A DNA stretch of 64,000 nucleotides, from the NCBI GenBank assembly GCA_963833735.1, contig CAWHYR010000003.1, positions 61,304-125,303 on the forward strand, read 5' to 3'. This stretch comes from an uncultured Actinomycetes bacterium. GTDB lineage: Bacteria; Actinomycetota; Acidimicrobiia; Acidimicrobiales; RAAP-2. Shown here one piece after another: positions 34,895 to 46,028 of the stretch. Position numbers and translations under genes: made by a program. The notes under the pieces are model-generated. The model was not told the origin of the DNA and ran no database searches. It saw nothing but the letters and a program-made list of their open reading frames with translations. Every line of letters starts with the position of its first letter. Position 1 is the first letter of the stretch.

Positions 34895-34914
34895 CCGGGC
34901 CCGCTGTGGCCCGG
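34895..34914 (+). terminator. possible groEL terminator hairpin
   Basis: CCGGGCC-cgctgt-GGCCCGG forms a 7-bp stem 5 nt after the stop. There is no U tract. Confidence 0.3.
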
Positions 34915-34924
34915 TCGTCGTAGC

Positions 34925-35704
34925 GTGACTGCCACGATGCCCACCCCCCAATCGGACGACGACCTCGTCCCCATCCCGCGCCCGAGCGAGGTCTCGCTCG
35001 GCGCGCCGGCTCCGTGGGAGTCCCTGCCCGTCGGGCATCGGGTCGGCCTCTCTTTGGCCCACGTCCTCGGCGCGCTCGAACGGGCCGGCCACCTCGGACC
35101 CGTGCCCGTCTGGGAGCCCTCGCGGGCTGACCGCGCGCTCGTTCCCGATGGCCCGCTGCGGGAGGGCCCGGAGTTCTCCTCGGCCGTCCTCGTGCCGCTC
35201 TTCGAGCAGGACGGCGAGACGAGGGTGGTGCTCACCCGGAGATCGTCGACGCTGCGCTCCCACCGGGGGCAGGTGAGCTTCCCCGGTGGCCGGATCGACC
35301 CCGGCGAGGACGCGCCGACGGCCGCCCGCCGGGAGGCGTTCGAGGAGGTCGGGCTGGCTCCCGACCAGGTGGACGTGGTGGGGTGGCTGCACCCGCTCTT
35401 CACGATGTCCGCCGGCTCGTTCATCACCCCGGTCGTCGGCGTCCTCCCCGGCCGTCCGGCGCTCGTGGTCAGCCCCGCCGAGGTGGCCCGGGCCTTCGAC
35501 GTGGCACTGGCCGACCTGGTGGCCGACGGCGTCTTCCACGAGGAGCGGTGGAGGAATCTGCCCGGGCAACCGGGTCGCGGTCCCGACGGGCGGCGGGCCG
35601 TCTGGTTCTTCGAGGTCGACGGGGAGACCGTGTGGGGCGCCACCGCCCGCGTGCTCGTCCAGCTCCTGTCCCTGGTGCTCGAGCTGCCCTTCGAGTCCGC
35701 GTGA
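34925..35704 (+). CDS. Nudix hydrolase (CoA pyrophosphatase-like)
   Basis: ORF 34925..35704. Nudix box GGRIDPGEDAPTAARREAFEEVGL. Confidence 0.75.
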   Translation: MTATMPTPQSDDDLVPIPRPSEVSLGAPAPWESLPVGHRVGLSLAHVLGALERAGHLGPVPVWEPSRADRALVPDGPLREGPEFSSAVLVPLFEQDGETRVVLTRRSSTLRSHRGQVSFPGGRIDPGEDAPTAARREAFEEVGLAPDQVDVVGWLHPLFTMSAGSFITPVVGVLPGRPALVVSPAEVARAFDVALADLVADGVFHEERWRNLPGQPGRGPDGRRAVWFFEVDGETVWGATARVLVQLLSLVLELPFESA

Positions 35705-35753
35705 CGGGCCCCGGCCTGACCGCAGGAACGAGACGGTGGATGACTGGGTGGCG

Positions 35754-35770
35754 TGACAATCTGTCATAGT
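35754..35770 (+). promoter_or_regulatory. candidate operator palindrome overlapping a -10-like hexamer upstream of the acyl-CoA dehydrogenase
   Basis: TGACA-atc-TGTCA lies at 35754-35766. CATAGT lies at 35765-35770, 73 nt upstream of ATG 35843. Confidence 0.25.
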
Positions 35771-35842
35771 GGCGGGCCGTAGGCTGCTGGCTCGGGGCCC
35801 GCGCCGATGCCGGCGCCCGGGGCCACGGAAGGACGGGGAACG

Positions 35843-37171
35843 ATGACGAAGCTCGATGCCGAGATCGTGACCGGCGACGACCTGGCCGACGAGCTCGCCG
35901 AGTGGCTCAAGACCAACTGGGACCCCGACCTCAGCGTCGGGGACTGGTGGGAGCGCCTCGGCACGGCCGGCTGGTCGGCCCCCACCCTGCCCACCGCCGC
36001 CTACGGCCGCGGGGTCTCGCGGGCGGACGCGGTGCGCATCGCCCAGCAGATCGGCCGGTTCGGCGCCCTGGGCGCGCCCGGCGGGCTCGGGCTGCTCCTG
36101 GCCGCCCCGACGATCGCCACGCACGGGACCCAGGAACAGGTCGACCGCTACGTGCGCGACATCGTCACCGGCCAGCGGGCCTGGTGCCAGCTGTTCAGCG
36201 AACCCGGCGCCGGATCGGACCTGGCCGGGCTCACGACGCGGGCCGTCCGGGATGGCGACGAGTGGGTGGTGAACGGTCAGAAGGTCTGGACCTCGGGCGC
36301 CCAGATGGCCGACATGGGCATGCTGCTGGCGCGTACCAACTTCGACGTGCCCAAGCACCAGGGGATCACCTGGTTCGCGCTCGACATGCACCAGGGCGCC
36401 ATCGACGTGCGCCCGCTGCGCGAGATGAGCGGGAGCTCGCTGTTCAACGAGGTCTTCCTGACCGACGCCCGCGTCGAGGAGGACGCCGTCATCGGCGGCG
36501 TGAACAACGGCTGGAGCGCCGCCAACACCACGCTCGCCAACGAACGGGCCGGACTCGGCGCCGGCGGCGGTGGCGGAGGGGGATTCGGGGCCATGCCCGG
36601 CACGGTCGGCAACCAGTTGGCGCGCCGGGCGGGCGACTTCACCAGCCCGACCGAGGCGGGGCCGCGCCGGCGGGGCGGGGCCATGATGCGGCCGTCGGGT
36701 GCCGGCCAGCTCACCCGACTGGCCAAGAGCAAGGGCGTCGACGGCGACCCCGTCGTCCGCCAGGGCCTGGCCCGGCTGCACACGATCAACGAGGTGGCCC
36801 GGTACAACGCCGAGCGGCTGAAGGCGGTGCGCGAGTCGGGCGGCGACATCCCCGGCATGGCCAACATCGCCAAGCTCACGATGAGCGACGTCATGCGCCT
36901 CTCCCGGGACCTCGGGCTCTCGATCACCGGCGTCGACGGCACGCTGCACGCCTACGACGACGCCGGTCGCCAGACGCTCGACACTGTGCGCGGCGGCGAC
37001 TTCTCCGTGGCGATGATCACGGCGCTCTCGCTGTACGCCCAGGCCCCGCCCATCTATGGCGGCACCGACCAGATCCAGCGCAACATCATCGGCGAGCGGG
37101 TGCTCGGTCTGCCGAAGGACCCCGGCGACGACCGGGCCGTGCCGTTCTCCGAGCTCCCGAAGAACGCCTGA
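35843..37171 (+). CDS. acyl-CoA dehydrogenase family protein
   Basis: ATG at 35843, in frame with ORF 35807..37171. WCQLFSEPGAGSDLAGL, GQKVWTSGA and IYGGTDQIQRNIIGERVLGLP. Confidence 0.85.
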   Translation: MTKLDAEIVTGDDLADELAEWLKTNWDPDLSVGDWWERLGTAGWSAPTLPTAAYGRGVSRADAVRIAQQIGRFGALGAPGGLGLLLAAPTIATHGTQEQVDRYVRDIVTGQRAWCQLFSEPGAGSDLAGLTTRAVRDGDEWVVNGQKVWTSGAQMADMGMLLARTNFDVPKHQGITWFALDMHQGAIDVRPLREMSGSSLFNEVFLTDARVEEDAVIGGVNNGWSAANTTLANERAGLGAGGGGGGGFGAMPGTVGNQLARRAGDFTSPTEAGPRRRGGAMMRPSGAGQLTRLAKSKGVDGDPVVRQGLARLHTINEVARYNAERLKAVRESGGDIPGMANIAKLTMSDVMRLSRDLGLSITGVDGTLHAYDDAGRQTLDTVRGGDFSVAMITALSLYAQAPPIYGGTDQIQRNIIGERVLGLPKDPGDDRAVPFSELPKNA

Positions 37172-37186
37172 GCTACATCCGGGGCC

Positions 37187-37717
37187 CTACATACGGGGTA
37201 GGGCGTCGCGGGCCAGCTGCTCCTCCGCGGTCTCCGAGATCCCGGTCTGGCCGATGACGGCGACGCGCAGGTACTCGCTGCCCTCGAGGACGCTGACCGA
37301 CGCGTCCCCGTCGTAGTAGGCCTGGTTGCCGAGGCCCGGGATCGACTGGGCCTGCACCTTGCCCTTGTAGTCGTTGAACCACTTGAGGGCGTCGGAGCCG
37401 GTCACGAGGACGACCCGCACGCTGTCGGGCACCGGCACGTCGGCGTCGGCCGTCGAGGGCGCGTTGGGCCCGTAGTAGACGCAGGCGAGGCCGCCCTCGA
37501 CCGTGGCGTGGCCGAGCACGCCGGCGGTCACCGTCTGGCCGAGGGCCGCCCCGGCCTGGGCCTGGGTCACCACGGTGCACGAGGTCGCCAGCGCCGTCGT
37601 CTTGTGCTTGGGCTTGGACTTGTGGTGCTTGGGCTTGTGGCTGCTCGCTCCGGCCAGCTGGGCGGGGAGGAGCATCGCCAACGCGATCAGCGTTGCCACG
37701 ACCGCCAGGCGCTTCAT
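37187..37717 (-). CDS. hypothetical secreted protein with His/Lys-rich linker
   Basis: ORF 37187..37717 (-). The signal-peptide-like N terminus MKRLAVVATLIALAMLLPAQLAGA is followed by SSHKPKHHKSKPKHK. Confidence 0.6.
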   Translation of the reverse strand: MKRLAVVATLIALAMLLPAQLAGASSHKPKHHKSKPKHKTTALATSCTVVTQAQAGAALGQTVTAGVLGHATVEGGLACVYYGPNAPSTADADVPVPDSVRVVLVTGSDALKWFNDYKGKVQAQSIPGLGNQAYYDGDASVSVLEGSEYLRVAVIGQTGISETAEEQLARDALPRM

Positions 37718-37856
37718 CTGTGCCCTCCCGTTCCCGGCGTCGCCACCGGATCGCTGGAGAACGAACCTAGCCTCCGCGACCGCACCCGCACCCGGACCCG
37801 ACGTGGCGCGGAGGTCGTTCGGTAAGGTCGACCAGCGCTGGGGGAGGAGAAGAGCC

Positions 37857-39101
37857 GTGATCGTCGCACCCCACCAGGAGGCAGGCGACGCGCTCCGCGC
37901 CGACGTCCGCGCCTGGCTCGACGAGCACTGGCGGCCGGGACTCGACCCCCGGGTCTGGCGGGCGACCGTGGTCGACGACGGCTGGGCCGCTCCGAGCTGG
38001 CCTGTCGCCTACTGCGGGCGGGGCGTCGAGCGTGGATTGTCGGGCATCGTGGCCGAGGAGTTCGCCCGCGTCGGCGCCCCCTACGGCGGCTTGGACTCGG
38101 TCCCGTCGCAGCTGGCGATCGAGCTCCACATCGCCGGGAACACCGTGCTGGCCTTCGGGCAGGACAGCCTGAAGCGCGAGCTGCTCCGGCCGATCCTCAT
38201 GGGCGAGCGGCGCGCCTGCCTCCTCTACAGCGAGCCCGGGGCCGGCTCGGACCTCGCCGCCCTCCAGACGCGGGCCGAGCGCGACGGCGACGAGTGGGTG
38301 GTCAACGGGCAGAAAGTGTGGACGACGGCCGGGCACCTGGCCGACTTCGGCGTGCTGATCGCGCGCACCGACTGGGACCAGCCCAAGCACCGCGGCATCA
38401 GCTACTTCGTCCTCCCGATGCACCAAGAGGGGGTGGACGTCCGCCCGATCCGCCAGATGACCGGCGAGGCGTTCTTCAACGAGGTCTTCCTGACCGACGC
38501 CCGGATCCCGGCGGACCACCTGGTGGGCGACGTGAACGACGGGTGGCGCGTCCTGCAGACGGCCCTCGCCTACGAGCGCCTGGTCATGGGTTCGGCCGGC
38601 GGGGCGGGACGCGACACGAGGCGCCTCCCGGTCGGCGCGACCATCGACCTCGTCGAGCTGGCACGCTCGACCGGCCGCCGTGGCGATCCTTCCGTGCGCC
38701 AGGCGCTGGCCGAGCTCTACGCGCGGCGCCAGGTGATCGGGTGGAATGCGGCCCGGGCCAAGGTGGCCACCGAGCGCGGCACCTCCTCCCCGGCCGCCTC
38801 GCTCGGCAAGCTGGCCATGTCCCGCGTGCTGCACGAGTCGGCGGCGCTGGCCTCCGCGCTGCTCGGGCCGGCCGGCACCCTCTACGGACCCGAGGTGCCC
38901 GACGCGCACACCGCAAACCACAGCTCGATGATGGCGTTCATGAACTCGATCGGCGGCGGTTCGGACCAGATCCAGCGCAACATCGTGTCCGAACGCATCC
39001 TCGGCCTGGCCAAGGATCCGGCGACCGACCGCGACATCCCGTTCCGCGACGTCGTGAAGGCGCCGGCGCAGCGCGCGTTCGGGAAGCCGGAGCGCTCGTA
39101 G
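37857..39101 (+). CDS. acyl-CoA dehydrogenase family protein (paralogue of 35843..37171)
   Basis: GTG at 37857 after GGGAGGAG, in frame with ORF 37503..39101. YSEPGAGSDLAAL, GQKVWTTAG and GGGSDQIQRNIVSERILGL. Confidence 0.85.
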   Translation: MIVAPHQEAGDALRADVRAWLDEHWRPGLDPRVWRATVVDDGWAAPSWPVAYCGRGVERGLSGIVAEEFARVGAPYGGLDSVPSQLAIELHIAGNTVLAFGQDSLKRELLRPILMGERRACLLYSEPGAGSDLAALQTRAERDGDEWVVNGQKVWTTAGHLADFGVLIARTDWDQPKHRGISYFVLPMHQEGVDVRPIRQMTGEAFFNEVFLTDARIPADHLVGDVNDGWRVLQTALAYERLVMGSAGGAGRDTRRLPVGATIDLVELARSTGRRGDPSVRQALAELYARRQVIGWNAARAKVATERGTSSPAASLGKLAMSRVLHESAALASALLGPAGTLYGPEVPDAHTANHSSMMAFMNSIGGGSDQIQRNIVSERILGLAKDPATDRDIPFRDVVKAPAQRAFGKPERS

Positions 39102-39110
39102 GCGCCGAGC

Positions 39111-41493
39111 TCAGGCCCGGCGCAGCGGCGCGGCGGACAGCAGGAGCTGCTTGTCGCCGACCGAGGGGAAACGCACCGACGCCTGGGCCTTGGGTCCCTC
39201 GCCGCGGGTGGAGAGCACCGTGCCTTGGCCCCAGCGCTCGTGGACGACCCGGTCGCCGGCCGCCAGTCCCAGGTCCTCGGCCCCCGTCGACTGGGCCTCG
39301 CGGGGCGCGGCGGCGGCCCCCCCGCCGCCGCCGATGATGCCGACGTCGCGGCACGAGCTCGGCCGGCACCTCGGCCAGGAACCGGCTCGGGATGTTGCGC
39401 GAGGTGGTGCCCCACAGGGTGCGGGTCCAGGCGTGCGAGAGGTAGAGCAGGCGCCGGGCCCGGGTCACCCCCACGTAGCAGAGCCGGCGCTCCTCCTCGA
39501 GCTCGTCGGGCTCCCCGAGCGCGCGCATGTGGGGGAAGATCCCGTCCTCCATGCCGGTGAGGAAGACCGCCGGGAACTCGAGGCCCTTGGCCGTGTGCAG
39601 CGTCATGAGCGAGACGCGGGTGCGCTCGTCGTCGAGCTCGTCAGCATCCGAGACGAGGGCCACGGTCTCCAAGAACTCGGCCAGGTCCTCGTATTCGGCG
39701 GCCATCCCGGCCAGCTCGGCCAGGTTCTCGATGCGCCCGTCGGCCTCGTGGCTCCGTTCGGCGACGAGCTCGCCGAGATAGCCGGTGTGCTCGGCGACGG
39801 CCTCGACCAGGCCGCCCGGCCCGAGGGTGTCCGCCAGGCGCCGCAGGTCGGCCAGCAGCGTCGAGAGTCGGTTGGCCCCGTCGAGGGCCTTGGCGCTCAG
39901 CCCGGCCTCCTCGGCGTGGGCCAGCGCGTCGAGAAACGTGGACGAATGGGTCCGCGACCAGGCCACCAGCTTGGCGACCGAGGCCTCACCGATGCCGCGC
40001 TTGGGCACGTTCACCACCCGGCGGGCCGAGACCTCGTCGTCGGGGTTGCCCAGGAGTCGGATGTAGGCCAGCACGTCTTTGATCTCGCGGCGGTCGTAGA
40101 AGCGGGTGCCGCCCACCACCTTGTAGGGGACGTCGCGGCGGACGAGGGCCTCTTCGAGCACCCGGCTCTGCGCGTTGGTGCGGTAGAAGACGGCGACGTC
40201 GCCGTGGGGGAGGCCCTCGGCGTTCGACAGTCGGATGATCTCGCTCGCCACCCAGGAGGCCTCGTCGCGCTCGTCCTCGGCCCGGTAGCGGCAGATCTTG
40301 GGGCCCTCCTCGTCGTCGGTGAACAGCCGCTTGGGCCGGCGCGTCGGGTTGTGCGAGATGATCGCGTTGGCGGCGTCGAGGATGCGCTGCGTGGAGCGGT
40401 AGTTCTGCTCGAGCACCACGGTCTTGGTGTCGCCGAAGACCTCCTCGAACTGCAAGATGTTGCGGATGTCCGCACCGCGCCAGCGGTAGACGGACTGATC
40501 GGAGTCGCCGACCACGCAGACGTTGCGGTGCGCCGCGCCCAGCAGGATGACGAGCTCGTTCTGCGCGCGGTTGGTGTCCTGGTACTCGTCGACCAGCACG
40601 TGTTTGAACCGCTCCTGGTAGGCGGCGCGCACGTCGTCGACCCCCTGGAGGAGGTTGACGGCCACCATGAGCAGGTCGTCGAAGTCCATGGCGTTGGCCG
40701 CCAGCAGGCGCTGCTGGTAGACGCGGTAGATGTCGGCGATGCGGCGGTGGAAGGGGTCGTTGGCCGTGCCCTGGGCGGCGAAGGTCTCGAAGTCGACCAG
40801 CTCGGATTTGGCCTGCCCGATGACGGCGGCCACCGAACGCGGGGGCAGGCGCTTCGTGTCGAGCCCGTGCTCGGCCATGATCAGCTCGACCAGGCGGCGG
40901 GAGTCCTGGTCGTCGTAGACAGTGAACGAGGGCCGGTAGCCGAGGCGCGCCGCGTGCGAGCGCAGCATCCGCAGGCAGGCGGAGTGGAACGTGGAGACCC
41001 ACATCCGCTTGGCCCGGGCGCCGACCAGCTCGACCACGCGCTTGCGCATCTCGTCGGCGGCCTTGTTGGTGAAGGTGATGGCCAGGATCTCCCAGGGCGC
41101 GCACTCGCCGGAGGCGAGCAGGTGGGCAATGCGCCGGGTGAGGACGCGCGTCTTGCCCGAACCCGCACCGGCCACCACCAAGAGGGGGCCGCCGCGGTGG
41201 ACGACCGCCTCGCGCTGGGGGTCGTTCAGGCCCTCCAGCAGCTGGTCGGGCCGCGGGCTGCGGCTGGTGCGGTGCAGCTCCTCCCAGGCCGCCCCGCCCG
41301 GCTCGTCGGGCCCGGCGGCGGCCGACTCGTCGGTGTCGTCGACCGGGAGGTGGGGCGGCGCCGGCGGCGGCGCGTCCGTGACCGGCGGCTCGATCTCCTC
41401 GTCGTCGGCGAACCCGGGCAGACCGGCCGACGGATCGAAGAGGGTCAGCAGCCTCCCGGTGTCGCCGGTCCCCGGCGGCACCGTCACTCCCAC
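39111..41493 (-). CDS. pcrA: ATP-dependent DNA helicase PcrA/UvrD, C-terminal domain out of frame as assembled
   Basis: ORF 38938..41493 (-) carries [23 protein letters not shown] and the other helicase motifs, up to ...[10 protein letters not shown]. The expected tail [11 protein letters not shown]...[14 protein letters not shown]...[11 protein letters not shown]-stop reads in the next frame and ends at 39111. The junction is at about 39350-39353. Confidence 0.88.
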
Positions 41494-43036
41494 TCGATGG
41501 TGCCGGGCGGCTTGGAGGTCACGTCGAGGGCGACGCGGTTGACGCCGTCGACCTCGTTGATGATGCGCGAGGCCATGCGCTCCACCAGGTCGTAGGGGAG
41601 GCGGGCCCAGTCGGCGGTCATCGCGTCGTCGCTGGTCACGGCGCGGATGACGATCGGGTACTCATAGGTACGCCCGTCGCCCATGACGCCCACGGTGCGG
41701 GTGTCGGGCAGCACGGCGAAGCTCTGCCAGAGCGTGCGGTAGAGGCCCGCCTTGCGGACCTCCTCGGTCACGATGGCGTCGGCCGCCCGCACGATCTCGA
41801 CCCGCTCGCGGGTGACCTCGCCCGTGACCCGGACCGCCAGGCCCGGACCGGGGAACGGCTGGCGCCAGACGATGTCGCTCGGGAGGCCGAGCTCCTCGCC
41901 GATGGCCCGCACCTCGTCCTTGAACAAGAGGCGCAGCGGCTCGACCAGATCGAACGCCAGATCGTCGGGGAGCCCGCCCACGTTGTGATGGGACTTGATG
42001 CTGGCCGACTGCCCGGCCCCGGACTCGATGACGTCGGGATAGAGCGTCCCTTGCACGAGGAACTGCGGGCCGTCGCCACCCGACCCGGCACCCATGTCGC
42101 GGGCGACCTCCTCGAAGATTCGGATGAACAGCTCACCGATCACCTTGCGCTTGCGCTCGGGGTCGGTGACGCCGGCCAACCCGCTGAAGAAGCGGTCGGC
42201 GGCCTTCACGTGGACGAGATCGATGTGGAACTGGCGCTGGAACGTCTCTTCGACCTGATCCGCCTCGCCGGCCCGCATGAGCCCGGTGTCGACGAACACG
42301 CAGGTGAGCTGGTCGCCGATCGCCTTGTGGACCAGGGCGGCGGCCACCGCCGAGTCCACGCCGCCCGACAGGGCGCAGAGCACCCGCTCACCGCCCACCT
42401 GGGCGCGGATCGCGTCGACCTGGGCCTCGATGATCGACACGTGGGTCCAGTTCGCCCCGCCGCCGCAGACGTCGTGCACGAAGTGCTCGAGCAGCTCGGT
42501 GCCGCGCTCGGTATGGACCACCTCGGGGTGGAACTGCACCCCGTAGAGGCGGCGGTCCGGGTCGTGGAGCGCCGCCACCACCGCCTCCGCGCTGGCGGCC
42601 GTGGCCACGAAGCCGTCGGGCACGGTGGTGATCGAGTCGGCGTGGCTCATCCAGACCTCGACCGAGGACGGCCAGTCGGGGCACAGCGGCGACGCGGCGA
42701 CGAGGTCGAGCCGGGTGCGGCCGTACTCGCCGCGTCCGGTGTTGGTGACGGTGCCACCGAGCTGGCGGACGAGCAGCTGCGCGCCGTAGCAAATCCCGAG
42801 GATCGGGATGCCGGTCTCGTAGATGGCCGGGTCGATCTCGGGGGCGGGTTGCTCGTAGACCGAGCGGGGACCGCCCGAGAGGATGATGCCGCGGGGCCGG
42901 CGCGCGACGAACTCGGCCGCTGAAAGCGTCGGCGGGACGATCTCGGAATAGACGTGCGCCTCGCGGACCCGGCGGGCGATGAGGCGGGCGTACTGCGCGC
43001 CGAAGTCGACGACGAGAACGGCGTCGTCGACCGCGC

Positions 43037-43040
<4 letters not shown>
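41484..43040 (-). CDS. guaA: glutamine-hydrolysing GMP synthase
   Basis: TTG at 43040, in frame with ORF 41484..43625 (-). It forms a TTGA overlap with the upstream stop. [26 protein letters not shown] and C-terminal PPGTIEWE. 518 aa. Confidence 0.92.
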
Positions 43041-44257
<1,217 letters not shown>

Positions 44258-44689
44258 TCAGCTGCGCCGGAGCCGACCCTCGACGTGCGTCGGTCTTCCC
44301 ACCTTACTGTCTCGGTCCGACTGGCCGGTGTGGGTCGGCGGAGTGCCGGACAAACGTCGCGTCCACGCCCGACGTAGGACGGCGCCGCGGCGTGCAGTCT
44401 GCCCGATGAGCCCCGGTCCGCACCCGAGGACAACGGCCCACGATGGTTTGAGCACCCAGACGAGGCCGCAGGGGTGAGCGCCGGAGCCGCGCCGGTCGCG
44501 ACCACTTCCGCGTCGGGTGTGGGCGCTCCCCGGCTGGCTCGACGATCAGAGGTCCCTAGAGGACCCCTGAGCCCCGCGGCGGCGTTGATTCAGCGCTCCG
44601 CTGCGGCGGTTCTGCAAAGTGGCTCGAGAGAGCCTCTGAACCTTCTCTTCTCTGGCGGCGGTCCGTACGCCTTGGCGTCGTATGAACGT

Positions 44690-45500
44690 CCTCTGCCGAT
44701 GGCTCCAGGGACTCGTCTTTGGCGATGTGTTGGAACAGATCGAACTCTCGCGCAGGCATTCTCCCGATCTGTGGATCTCGTCGTCGGGCACTTCGGCGGC
44801 CACGGAACAGCTCTTCATCAACACTTCTGGGGCCTCGCTAAGTGGTGTCGGAGTTGGATGGTCGCACTCCCAGGCCAGATTGTTGATGCCGATCTTGTCG
44901 GCGCGTCTCGAGGCCGGGTGACCCGGCGTCGATGAAGCCCAACGCCCGATTGAACTTCATCCGGGAGCCTGAACCCAAGTCCCTGGTCCCGCTCCGACAC
45001 GATGATGAACATCCTGGTCACCTGACCGACGCGATGCGGCCGGAAGCGGACACCCCCCCCCCCCCGGCCAATCCAGCCCCGGGGTTGCTTCCGAATCCCG
45101 CGAGCAGAATCAGACCGGTCGGAGCGACCAGATCGTCGCTCGGGGCGTCCAGCGGCGACTGCTCGTGGATCTCGTCCTCGGTGCCCGGTCGCACCTGTTA
45201 GCGGGTGGCGGGTTCGTCGAAATAGACCCCAGAGCATTCGTTGAACATCTGGATCGAGAGGGTGACGCACGCTCGACCCTCGATGCGCAGTGCCTCTCCG
45301 TCACGGGCTTGTTTCCCATGGCGGGACCTGAAGAAGAGAGGCCGGCAACTCACGTGCGGCGCCAGACCATGTGTGGTCGAACGCGTTCAGGTCCATCGGG
45401 ACCGGGTCGCCCTGTGCTTGGGAGCCAACGACGAGGTGGTTTTGACCCGGATCCGGGGCCGCGAGGCTGTCGTCCGAGTCGGGGTGACCCACGACCCGGC
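44690..45500 (-). pseudogene. decayed amidohydrolase-2-family remnant (frameshifts plus in-frame stops)
   Basis: Minus-strand fragments in several frames resemble PF04909-type amidohydrolases: HPDSDDSLAAPDPG, VTRMFIIVSERDQGLG, ADKIGINNLAWECDHP and VPDDEIHR..REFDLFQ. TAA and TAG stops interrupt them. No intact ORF is present. The region looks less GC-rich than its flanks. Confidence 0.4.
45053..45065. repeat. C13 homopolymer (G13 on the minus strand)
   Basis: The position was counted from ORF 44818..45270 (-), whose translation reads GRGGGGV across the tract. Confidence 0.85.
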
Positions 45501-45562
45501 GGCCGCCGGCGGCTTAGGCTCGGAACGCCAGGCCAGAATCGCGATCACGGGGCGGTGGTTTC

Positions 45563-45934
45563 ATGAAGATGATGGGCGTACATCACGTTTCGATCAACAT
45601 CGACGATGTCGACGCGGCCCTCGCCTTCTACGTCGATACGCTGGGCCTCGAGGCGCGCACGGACCGGCCAGACTTCGGTTTCCCGGGCGCCTGGCTCAAT
45701 GCGGGGAATCAGCAGGTCCACCTGATCGGGGCCAGTGTTCCGAAGGACCAGGGTCAGCATTTCGCCCTGCAGGTCGACGATCTCGATGCCACGATCGCCG
45801 AACTGCGCGAGGGGGGCGTCGAGGTGAGCGACTCGGTGGCGGTGGGCACCGGCCGGCAGGCGTTCCTGCACGACCCGGCCGGCAACATGGTTGAACTGCA
45901 CCAGGTGGCCGGCCGCGTCCAGTCCTCGACATAG
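45563..45934 (+). CDS. VOC/glyoxalase family protein
   Basis: ORF 45563..45934. GVHHVSINIDDVDAALAFYVDTLGL and FLHDPAGNMVEL. Confidence 0.8.
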   Translation: MKMMGVHHVSINIDDVDAALAFYVDTLGLEARTDRPDFGFPGAWLNAGNQQVHLIGASVPKDQGQHFALQVDDLDATIAELREGGVEVSDSVAVGTGRQAFLHDPAGNMVELHQVAGRVQSST

Positions 45935-46028
45935 GCGGGCCCTGAGGCCCTCACCCGTTGCCGGCACGGGCGCCCGGGGCCGCACGACGAGCCACTGATT
46001 CGGGCCACACGGGCCCGGTTCTGCGAAC

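Noticed and set aside
44474-44935. 153-aa plus-strand ORF in the decayed region.
   Set aside because: It has no domain-like sequence, and it lies opposite the better-supported amidohydrolase remnants in a region full of stops.
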